The position numbers and the translations under genes were made by a program. The notes below the pieces were generated by a model that was not told the DNA's origin, did not search any database, and was given only the letters and a program-made list of their open reading frames with translations. Positions 8,690 through 15,839 of a stretch of DNA of 35,354 nucleotides are shown here, piece by piece. Every line of letters starts with the position of its first letter. Within the stretch, counting starts at the first letter, position 1. Origin of the DNA: a virus (taxonomy: Duplodnaviria; Caudoviricetes); IMG/VR virus record IMGVR_UViG_3300011437_000017, positions 1 through 35,354 of that record; one strand, 5' to 3'.

Positions 8690-9268
8690 TTAAAACGGCA
8701 GATCGTCTACCCAATCTTTTGACTCTATTTTTGATGCAACTACTGTAACATCTTCTTCGCGAGACCATTCGAGTTCTTCGCCATTACCAATAATCTCTCC
8801 CCTTGCTTCGACACCTTCCGGTACTCTCTGCTTAATGAATCCCAATCTACCGTACTTATCAACTTCCCCATCAGGTAGCATAAACAAAACCATTTTGAGA
8901 TAGATCGCTCCAGTTTTTTCTGAAACATGAAGCCAATCTTTGTTAATTTTTTTAAGGTCGATATCTAAATCAATGTATCGCCTCTCTTTTTTAGCCTGAT
9001 TAATTCGTTTAGGCTGCTTTTTTTCACCGTTTGCCATAGTTTTAAACTTGTTTTTTATTGAAGAATTGTAAAATGAGCCGAATGATCTTGCAATAGAAAA
9101 ATCCATAAATGTTTCAAGCGGAACTGCCATGTATTGATGAACAGTTTCGTTTTTGAAACATAAGGATAGGGTTTCGTTATGTGCATCGTACCTTATTAAA
9201 GTAATGAATGATGAGCGTTGTTCATCTATCCAAATAGTGAATATTCCGTTGTCAACCGTTTGCCTCAT
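8690..9268 (-). CDS. KTSC domain fused to putative single-stranded DNA-binding protein
   Basis: SSFI..IRYD....L...F.....Y..VP...F.....S.GSFYN..IK (KTSC); C-terminal part ends in the SSB-type tail DDLPF. Confidence 0.75.
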   Translation of the reverse strand: MRQTVDNGIFTIWIDEQRSSFITLIRYDAHNETLSLCFKNETVHQYMAVPLETFMDFSIARSFGSFYNSSIKNKFKTMANGEKKQPKRINQAKKERRYIDLDIDLKKINKDWLHVSEKTGAIYLKMVLFMLPDGEVDKYGRLGFIKQRVPEGVEARGEIIGNGEELEWSREEDVTVVASKIESKDWVDDLPF

Positions 9269-9473
9269 TGCCTATTTGTTTAAAATTAGATTTCTTGCCA
9301 TTGTGATAGAAAGATGCAGTTACGAAGTTCTCGTGATGTTTTTTCTCGCACTTGAAATCAGTTACGTTAATAAATGCACCTCGAGCATACGCTTCAGTTC
9401 TTTTAAAGAAATCAAACACATCAACTGCGCTTGCGTCTGGGTGTAAATCGAGTTTTAGTTCTACTTTTTCCAT
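9252..9473 (-). CDS. Hypothetical protein
   Basis: Packed ORF overlapping the next gene. Confidence 0.6.
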   Translation of the reverse strand: MEKVELKLDLHPDASAVDVFDFFKRTEAYARGAFINVTDFKCEKKHHENFVTASFYHNGKKSNFKQIGNEANG

Positions 9474-9476
9474 ATA

Positions 9477-9950
9477 CTAAAAAGGTAAATAAAGCTCTTG
9501 CGTTTCTTTTAAATATTTTTCAAGTATCCTTTCGTCGGTATAGATAACATCTACGCTAACTCCGTTACGCCAAAATGCTGTAGGTCCTTCAACTGAATTT
9601 CCTATGTACAAACATTTGCTTTTCGGTTTGCAAAAGCTTAAAACTAAGTAGTCGAGTAGTTGTTTCTTCCCGCCCCTCATGTTCATCTTTTCAGGTTTCC
9701 CTTTTAGAGAAGTCCACAGGAGAATAAGTTCAACACCATTCTCGACTACTATGAATTTTTCGCAGTTTCCGAGTTGCTGCATATACTTATTAGCATTAAA
9801 TATCAGCTGATGATCGCTTCGTGAAAACAGCATTTCCCTTTTGAAATCTCCGTTTTCAAACAAAGCAAAACTATACTTTTTCCTAAAGTCGAATTCCTCA
9901 TTCTGGGATACGAATCTTACGGAAAAATCATTGTACTTGCATTCTCTCAT
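9477..9950 (-). CDS. Hypothetical protein ending QELYLPF
   Basis: 157-aa ORF in operon. Confidence 0.7.
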   Translation of the reverse strand: MRECKYNDFSVRFVSQNEEFDFRKKYSFALFENGDFKREMLFSRSDHQLIFNANKYMQQLGNCEKFIVVENGVELILLWTSLKGKPEKMNMRGGKKQLLDYLVLSFCKPKSKCLYIGNSVEGPTAFWRNGVSVDVIYTDERILEKYLKETQELYLPF

Positions 9951-10185
9951 CGTTAAATACTTCTTTAGGTACTCTATCGAATATTTCTTTCAAGTCGTTA
10001 TACACAGACTTAGCTGCGAACTTGCCATTTTCGATCTGTTCCACAAAAGAAAATAATGCTACGAATAATTCTGGCGAGAGTTCAATCATCTTGTCTCTCA
10101 GGATATCGTCAGTACCAGCCATTACACAGATGAGCTCACCTGTTTGCATATCTATAATATGCCCGTTAACTTTAGCCCACTTCAT
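9928..10185 (-). CDS. Hypothetical phage protein (LIAAAPELLEAL-like family)
   Basis: ICVM...MIELSPELFVAL resembles a widespread small phage protein motif. Confidence 0.65.
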   Translation of the reverse strand: MKWAKVNGHIIDMQTGELICVMAGTDDILRDKMIELSPELFVALFSFVEQIENGKFAAKSVYNDLKEIFDRVPKEVFNDERMQVQ

Positions 10186-10200
10186 CTTATTATTGTTTTT

Positions 10201-11106
10201 TTATTGTTCGTAATAAATCGTCCTCATGTTATTTAAATAGTTTCTACACGCCTTAACAACTAATGGTATGCGTGAGATATACTCCTCATCTCTTGCAATA
10301 GGTATCTCAATGATACGTCTATTGATAGGAATATCCGAGTATGTTAAATTCTTTTCAACTTCAGCCAAAGCCTCTTCAAGCATCGAGTCGCTTCCTACGA
10401 AGCTATATGCGACCATTTTCTTTTCATTTTCAATCAACTTGGCTGGAGTATCTAACAAAGTGTAAACCAGTTTAGACTTTGGCTTATCCCACAATCTCAT
10501 ATATCCCTGCATATTAGGAAAATATGGATTAGTTAAATTTTGGTTATCAAGATACTTTATATTACGATAAAAAGTCCAAATATCCCATGACGACTTATTG
10601 TCATATATAGTATCGTCTTTGATATAATCTATCTCTCCCATAATGAAGCCATCGTCTTTTCGCTCAATGTTTTTCTCCGGCAACCAACCTTTGACAATCC
10701 CATAAGCGATGATACCAGAGTCTTCCATCTGAAGTCCTTTCTCGATATATTTGCTTCGTATATCTTTAGTGGATCTTCCAAACTCGTGACTAATCCATAC
10801 ATCGGTAAGGTGTGTCTTACAACCATCAGATAGTTCAACATCATCTATATTTTTTTTGAGGTTATCGCAAGCATCTTTTTGCATTTGGTATAAATCAAAA
10901 GCATCATTCACTTGTTTTTCCTTTTTATCTGCCGTTAAAGTTTCTTTATTTTTAATTGCAGCATACTCCTCATTAAGTTTTTCATACTTTTGATACGTCG
11001 TAAGATATTTTACACGAGTTTCTTCGTACAAATCCTTTGCAAAAGTAGCTCCAGCCATTATGTGCGTAAGGGAACTCACCCTGAATAAGTGGTTATCGTA
11101 GTTCAA
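10201..11106 (-). CDS. YqaJ/lambda-exonuclease-like PD-(D/E)XK nuclease
   Basis: FRVSSL..IM; KG..MED; GEID...YDNKSSW; Y...MQGYM; adjacent to the putative recombinase. Confidence 0.8.
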   Translation of the reverse strand: MNYDNHLFRVSSLTHIMAGATFAKDLYEETRVKYLTTYQKYEKLNEEYAAIKNKETLTADKKEKQVNDAFDLYQMQKDACDNLKKNIDDVELSDGCKTHLTDVWISHEFGRSTKDIRSKYIEKGLQMEDSGIIAYGIVKGWLPEKNIERKDDGFIMGEIDYIKDDTIYDNKSSWDIWTFYRNIKYLDNQNLTNPYFPNMQGYMRLWDKPKSKLVYTLLDTPAKLIENEKKMVAYSFVGSDSMLEEALAEVEKNLTYSDIPINRRIIEIPIARDEEYISRIPLVVKACRNYLNNMRTIYYEQ

Positions 11107-11375
11107 AGTATTATATTTTTAATTTCTATTAAATCGTCATTAAAGGTAATAGTCAATGGTTGTTCTGGTATTTTATCAATTATTGCTTTAAGTCTCATAA
11201 GCTTTCTCATTTGTATATCAGCTTCGAAATCATTCTGAACTTCACAGAAAAAATCTTTACCAAACAATGATATTTTTCCTTTTGTGGCAATGACTTTAAC
11301 GTCTACGTCTTCATAAGTTATTAAACCAAGTAAATAAATATTAATCTTTTTACTACTAACGATTATCGAGTTCAT
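11103..11375 (-). CDS. Protein resembling isolated domain I of the beta sliding clamp (DnaN)
   Basis: N-terminal IIVSS and C-terminal IPEQPLTITF...IEI recall Bacteroidota DnaN domain I (recalled as MKFIVSS...PEQPLTF...IEI). Confidence 0.55.
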   Translation of the reverse strand: MNSIIVSSKKINIYLLGLITYEDVDVKVIATKGKISLFGKDFFCEVQNDFEADIQMRKLMRLKAIIDKIPEQPLTITFNDDLIEIKNIIL

Positions 11376-11547
11376 TTAGTTTCTCTCCGCATTCAGGGCA
11401 GTAATTAATTTCTATTGATGTATTGAATGATGAATCTGTGCTATAAGCATCGTAACTTATTTCTAATATATTTGAAGTTATAATAAGTCTTAGTCCAGAT
11501 TCTTCAGTATCAAATTCTTTAGATTTTTTGCAATAATCACAACTCAT
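11356..11547 (-). CDS. Small zinc-finger protein (start MSCDYC)
   Basis: CDYC...INYCPECGEKL; ATGA overlap at 11544-11547. Confidence 0.75.
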   Translation of the reverse strand: MSCDYCKKSKEFDTEESGLRLIITSNILEISYDAYSTDSSFNTSIEINYCPECGEKLNELDNR

Positions 11548-12422
11548 TTTTTCTCCTTCTCTTTTAATTTTGCGAAACACTCATCATAGCACACTCTCTG
11601 CTCATTTGTTTTGAGCTGACTTTTGAATGACTCTAATTGAGCTATTGTCTCGCAACGGGTTAAGGTTAAAATCAATCTGTCTTCTTTTGGTTTTTCTTCT
11701 TCCGGCGCTTTTCCTCTAAAAGCGAGGTCGACAGTCGTATCACCTTCTTTGATAGCTGTGTCAATGCCTGCAAGTGTTATGAGGTCATCTTTGGTAATAA
11801 ACTCTGCTGCTGCTTTGCCGATTGCTTTAAGAATTTCTTTTTCTGTGATGCCATATCTGTCTTTTAAAGTTTCGATAGCTTTTTTACGAGCCAACATTAG
11901 TTTTTCTTCGGTAGATACGTCGCCGATAATCTTCTTCTGTGCAGCAATGTACACTTGGTCTACCCAAACCTTTGGTATGACAGCGAAGATTGCGTTTCTC
12001 AATGCTATCGAGTTAGCAGCATTGCCTGTAACCACAATCATGTCATCATTGAATCTTCCCTCGCGTCCCCAAATTGATCGCTTAACTTGAATCTTTACAG
12101 ATACATTTGTCTCAATATCAAACGCAACTGCTTCGCTCGTAAGTGTGCGATTCTCGATATCAACAACTCTTGCAGCTGACCTAAAGTTTCCCCAGAACTG
12201 CATAATAATCTTTGCGAGATTGATACTTGGTCCTGAAATCTTTTTTGCTCCACGAGGAACTGTGTAGACACAACTCTCAGCTATGTCTGTCGAACGAAGA
12301 ACGGTAGCTATCGCATTGTCAATTGACTTGCTCATATTTCGAGGATAAGCTTTCGCTGTCGCAATCTGACTGTCAATGAGCGCTTTCTCGCCTTCGTAAA
12401 TTTGTAGTGTTTCACTTGCCAT
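11544..12422 (-). CDS. Putative ssDNA-annealing recombinase
   Basis: QIATAKAYPR..Y.VPRG...I.GPSI.LA..WGN..A.SIALRNAI motif family; located next to the YqaJ-like exonuclease. Confidence 0.6.
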   Translation of the reverse strand: MASETLQIYEGEKALIDSQIATAKAYPRNMSKSIDNAIATVLRSTDIAESCVYTVPRGAKKISGPSINLAKIIMQFWGNFRSAARVVDIENRTLTSEAVAFDIETNVSVKIQVKRSIWGREGRFNDDMIVVTGNAANSIALRNAIFAVIPKVWVDQVYIAAQKKIIGDVSTEEKLMLARKKAIETLKDRYGITEKEILKAIGKAAAEFITKDDLITLAGIDTAIKEGDTTVDLAFRGKAPEEEKPKEDRLILTLTRCETIAQLESFKSQLKTNEQRVCYDECFAKLKEKEKK

Positions 12423-12425
12423 ACT

Positions 12426-12644
12426 TTATATGTATTTTAAATTTTTAGTTTTCAATCTCCTTGCGCCAACTTCAGCCATGCAGTTGAAACATTGTTCATC
12501 ACAAGGGTAATATTCCTGGTTAAGTATCTTTCTGCCCTCTTCTGTATCGGTTATCCCTTTTTCCAAACAATACTCCCATGCTTCATTCCATTCATCAATA
12601 GAGAAGTCAAGTGCTGTCAGTTTACCACAATAGAAGTGAGCCAT
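12426..12644 (-). CDS. Small Cys-rich hypothetical protein
   Basis: HFYCG...CDEQCFNC possible metal site. Confidence 0.65.
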   Translation of the reverse strand: MAHFYCGKLTALDFSIDEWNEAWEYCLEKGITDTEEGRKILNQEYYPCDEQCFNCMAEVGARRLKTKNLKYI

Positions 12645-12645
12645 G

Positions 12646-12978
12646 TTAAATTTTTACTATTTCCAATCCTTCTATATCCAGAAAATCCTCGATTTCCCAG
12701 TCGTTAGTTATAATGATTATTTCAGGTCGCTCCATAGATATTCCTTCTCTTCCGTATGGAACTCGTACAGCAACCCTTTTCTGAGACACAAACCTTTTAA
12801 GTTTAGCCAAGTCCCTAACCAAAAGAGAATTGTAGATTATTACGCAAGGTTCTCCATCATATTCTCGTGGGTCAATGTCTACATCATCAGCCCAAATTAC
12901 CCTTTTACCTTTTGCAAGTTTTAGAGCTTCTAATCCGCGACCTACGGAATTGCCAGAGACGAGTGTAACTTTTTGCAT
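12646..12978 (-). CDS. Degenerate P-loop (SF3/VirE-like) domain protein
   Basis: VTLVSGNSVGRG, VIIYNS, LKRFVSQ..V.VRVPYG, IIIITND follow the layout of SF3/VirE ATPases, without catalytic residues. Confidence 0.55.
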   Translation of the reverse strand: MQKVTLVSGNSVGRGLEALKLAKGKRVIWADDVDIDPREYDGEPCVIIYNSLLVRDLAKLKRFVSQKRVAVRVPYGREGISMERPEIIIITNDWEIEDFLDIEGLEIVKI

Positions 12979-12999
12979 TTGAATTATTTTTAGTTTTTT

Positions 13000-13031
13000 A
13001 AAAAAGCCCCTAAATGTAGAAACATCAGGGC
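13000..13031 (-). terminator. Terminator-like hairpin with T-TTCT-A loop (copy 3)
   Basis: CCCTGATGT-TTCT-ACATTTAGGG-GCTTTTTT. Confidence 0.65.
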
Positions 13032-13071
13032 AGATTCAATCTAAATCAAAAAACATGACAAATCAAATATC

Positions 13072-13338
13072 TTAACTTATTTCTTTTGTGGTAAAGTAAG
13101 CACCAGTAATGTGTTCGTCTATTATATGTTCAACCAAAATAGCAAACTCATCCCAATCAATTATTCTCGCTTTATCGAGATTAATATTATTAGCTGATAG
13201 ATGATACATTGCTATGTCTCCAATGAATCCAGTAAATGTAGCATTTATCTCCACAAAAAGATTAAACTGCTTTCCGCCCTTAACAAGATGCGAAGGTACA
13301 TTGATAAGTACACTAAATGTCTTTACTGGTTGTTCCAT
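13072..13338 (-). CDS. Hypothetical protein (start MEQPVK)
   Basis: The ATG start reduces overlap with the upstream gene. Confidence 0.6.
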   Translation of the reverse strand: MEQPVKTFSVLINVPSHLVKGGKQFNLFVEINATFTGFIGDIAMYHLSANNINLDKARIIDWDEFAILVEHIIDEHITGAYFTTKEIS

Positions 13339-13510
13339 CTGTAATAAGTATTTTACCAAAAAATAAGCACCAACCGGCACATGAGATAAGCATTACAGTA
13401 TTCCATCCGAGATCTTTGTTCTCGACTTGATAGTGGAAAGCTATTCCGCCAACCAAGATTGCGTATGCTATAACGAGTACTCCAATTGCTCTATTAAGTA
13501 TCTTTTTCAT
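13313..13510 (-). CDS. Small two-TM membrane protein
   Basis: Two hydrophobic segments: AIGVLVIAYAILVGGIAF and VMLISCAGWCLFFG. Confidence 0.65.
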   Translation of the reverse strand: MKKILNRAIGVLVIAYAILVGGIAFHYQVENKDLGWNTVMLISCAGWCLFFGKILITDGTTSKDI

Positions 13511-13554
13511 GAGCGACCTCTGGGTTTGAACCAGTTAGTCCTAATACAGCCGCT
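13511..13554 (-). ncRNA. tRNA-like mini-structure (acceptor stem plus T-arm)
   Basis: AGCGGCT...CTGG-TTCAAAC-CCAG-A-GGTCGCT-C. Confidence 0.4.
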
Positions 13555-13561
13555 TCCTAAC

Positions 13562-13702
13562 TTACTTTTTGTTTTTTAAGAGTTCAATAATTTGTTTTTG
13601 ATTTTTTAAGAATTCGCCTATATCAAAAGCCCAACGAATAAAGGCGATAGCAATAATAAATACGAAGATATACACTCCTGCTGAAATTAAAAAACTGTCC
13701 AT
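13562..13702 (-). CDS. 46-aa single-TM membrane protein (not in ORF track)
   Basis: MDSFLISAGVYIFVFIIAIAFIRWAFDIGEFLKNQKQIIELLKNKK*. Confidence 0.65.
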   Translation of the reverse strand: MDSFLISAGVYIFVFIIAIAFIRWAFDIGEFLKNQKQIIELLKNKK

Positions 13703-13720
13703 AGTATATTGGGTTTTAAA

Positions 13721-14083
13721 TTAATAAATAAATTGACTTGCTTTGCAGATCACTGCATTGCCATAAATAAACATTTCTTCATTTCCAGGAAGCTCTATTA
13801 CTACTGCGCCCATTGATTTCATTTCAGAAAGGAATCTTTTCGATTCGGCTTTTATTTCGTCTGTGTAAATAGTCTGATAGATTTCAGTAGCCATTTCGTT
13901 CTTGACTTTGTTTGGTTTTACCGCTCCAGACTCATCTACAATCATATAGTAATTGTCTGGAAGCTTAATAACTTGAACTAAATCGCAGCCAATCATTTCG
14001 TTTAATTCTTCGCACCAGAAATCGCTGCCATTCTTCGGCTTAATTGCTTTTGTTTTGCCGTTTGTACTAATTAAAAGAGCCAT
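13721..14083 (-). CDS. DUF3846-like protein
   Basis: EL..MIGC..VQ...MIVDESG...N..AT...IYGNAVI. Confidence 0.75.
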   Translation of the reverse strand: MALLISTNGKTKAIKPKNGSDFWCEELNEMIGCDLVQVIKLPDNYYMIVDESGAVKPNKVKNEMATEIYQTIYTDEIKAESKRFLSEMKSMGAVVIELPGNEEMFIYGNAVICKASQFIY

Positions 14084-14086
14084 GTG

Positions 14087-14293
14087 TTACTTTCTTTTGA
14101 TTTTAAAGATTGCTATTGTGTGTATATTTGTTAAACTATTAGTTTTTTGTAAATATTCTTCGAGTAAATTAATGGATACAGCAGTTGTAAAAGACACACT
14201 TCTACCGATATTGTTAATTGGACAATATTGTTCTATAAAATGCGTTGCTTCCAGTCTTTGTTTACCTGCTGTAGGGTTTAAAATGTTCTCCAT
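14087..14293 (-). CDS. Hypothetical early protein
   Basis: Packed ORF. Confidence 0.55.
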   Translation of the reverse strand: MENILNPTAGKQRLEATHFIEQYCPINNIGRSVSFTTAVSINLLEEYLQKTNSLTNIHTIAIFKIKRK

Positions 14294-14456
14294 TTGATAA
14301 AATATTTATTAGATTATTTAAACATTGCTTTTCAGAAATTTTGTTGAGTTGAAATTTCAACAACTCGGCTTTTATAAAGACGTTTCCAGAATCTCCTATT
14401 TCAATAAGCCGTTCTGCCATAATCTTAAACTCTTTATACTCGTGTAACCATAACAT
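14262..14456 (-). CDS. Hypothetical early protein (first gene after promoter)
   Basis: Starts about 18 nt downstream of a TAnnTTTG box. Confidence 0.55.
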   Translation of the reverse strand: MLWLHEYKEFKIMAERLIEIGDSGNVFIKAELLKFQLNKISEKQCLNNLINILSNGEHFKPYSR

Positions 14457-14473
14457 AATTAACTAATTGAATA

Positions 14474-14520
14474 CAAATATAATAAAGGTAATGTTAAAAT
14501 GTTGTTAATGAAATCACAAT
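14474..14520 (-). promoter_or_regulatory. Putative early promoter (-7 TATATTTG) with repeated TAACATT boxes upstream
   Basis: caaatata at 14474-14481 on plus strand; -33 element unclear. Confidence 0.5.
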
Positions 14521-14711
14521 GAAATGTTAATATAATTTTTTCTAATATGTTACTGGCTGCCATATATTCCGACCCAAAAATCAAATCTTTGGCACAAAGA
14601 AACGTCATCATTGCGTTTATATGTCATTCATGTATGTTATATTGTTTTGGTCGCAATGCCAACCAATCGCCACAAAATCGTTTCTTGGTACGTAATGTTT
14701 CGTAGACCTTC

Positions 14712-14742
14712 AAAAAAAGAGGAGCAGCTCTCGCCGCCCCTC
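14712..14742 (-). terminator. Rho-independent terminator ending the late operon
   Basis: GAGGGGCGGC-GAGA-GCTGCTCCTC-TTTTTTT (GNRA loop). Confidence 0.88.
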
Positions 14743-14764
14743 AATTAAAAACCCTACACAAAGT

Positions 14765-15004
14765 TTATTTCCTCAAAATAAAAAATCCTGATATTACCAC
14801 AAAAGAAAAAACAACATACCAAAATAAGGGTTTCAGGCTGTACTTAGAAGCATGGTCAATCTTAACATCTCTCTTGTGGTAGACAATAGAGTCTCCTTGT
14901 TTGCGAATTGTGTCAATAGTTACGATTGTTGAGTCAATTCTACCACTTGGTCTGCGAATGACAGAACAGCTTGACAATAGGATTAGCAACACTAATAGTT
15001 TCAT
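14765..15004 (-). CDS. Lipoprotein with C-terminal TM helix; putative unimolecular spanin
   Basis: Lipobox LLSS-C13, beta-rich middle, C-terminal hydrophobic LFWYVVFSFVVISGFFIL-RK; last gene of the late operon. Confidence 0.6.
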   Translation of the reverse strand: MKLLVLLILLSSCSVIRRPSGRIDSTIVTIDTIRKQGDSIVYHKRDVKIDHASKYSLKPLFWYVVFSFVVISGFFILRK

Positions 15005-15828
15005 CTTCCTATTGCTGTTAGGAAAGTTGAAACGATAGTATTAAATGATTGCATTTGAGCTACAGTATACCCTTTTGAACTAACGTATTGAAAGTTTGTT
15101 TTTATGTTAGGGTAATTTGTAGAACCAGGAAAACCACTTGAATCAACCATTCCAGCAAGTAAATGCATTTTTCTTGTTCCGCCGCCTATAGGAGATTCTG
15201 CTGAACTATAAGCTCGTACTGTTGTATTACCTAACAATATATTCTGCGAAGAGCCTATGCCAGAAAACTGATAAAAACCAATAGTCATTATATGAGCTGA
15301 ATAAGTTTGACCAGTTGCTGTTATTGCTCCAAATCTGTGAGACGCTACATAATTTGTAGATAATATTGCGCCGAACTGAAAAGTGTAATTAGCGACTCCG
15401 CCAGTGTTTTCTCCAGATGCCGCCCAAAATTTTCCACTTTGCGTTGCAGCTGTAACACAATTTGTTCCACCAGCAAGCCCTAAACTCATGTCAACTGGCG
15501 GAATAAAATTAGTTACATAATATCCGTTAACTGCTGCAGTTACTCCCATAGCATCATGTGTCAGAGTTGAACCTGTTTCTACGAGTTCATACACAGATTC
15601 TGTAAAAACCCATTTATGAGTTGCGGCAGTACTCCCGTAATAAGGAAATATTTGAAGTCCGCTATGCCATAAACCAGCTGACGCCAAACTATTATACATA
15701 TTTCTGAAAGCTGTTTTATGTGTTTCATTAATTACTCCAGCTTTAGAAAAGAATTCGTCAACGAAAGAAGAAAAACCGATGCCAAGCGAACTATAATCCG
15801 CCGATGTGTTAGTTATTTGAATTCCCAT
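15001..15828 (-). CDS. Putative tail/receptor-binding-associated beta-rich protein (start MGIQIT)
   Basis: G/S/T-rich, lectin-like composition; directly follows the tail spike. Confidence 0.65.
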   Translation of the reverse strand: MGIQITNTSADYSSLGIGFSSFVDEFFSKAGVINETHKTAFRNMYNSLASAGLWHSGLQIFPYYGSTAATHKWVFTESVYELVETGSTLTHDAMGVTAAVNGYYVTNFIPPVDMSLGLAGGTNCVTAATQSGKFWAASGENTGGVANYTFQFGAILSTNYVASHRFGAITATGQTYSAHIMTIGFYQFSGIGSSQNILLGNTTVRAYSSAESPIGGGTRKMHLLAGMVDSSGFPGSTNYPNIKTNFQYVSSKGYTVAQMQSFNTIVSTFLTAIGR

Positions 15829-15839
15829 AGTAATAAATT

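Noticed and set aside
13511-13554. Complete tRNA gene
   Set aside because: No D arm or anticodon arm; kept only as a tRNA-like element
14547-14705. ~50-aa ORFs on either strand in the central intergenic gap
   Set aside because: No good leader or protein-like features; they overlap regulatory elements
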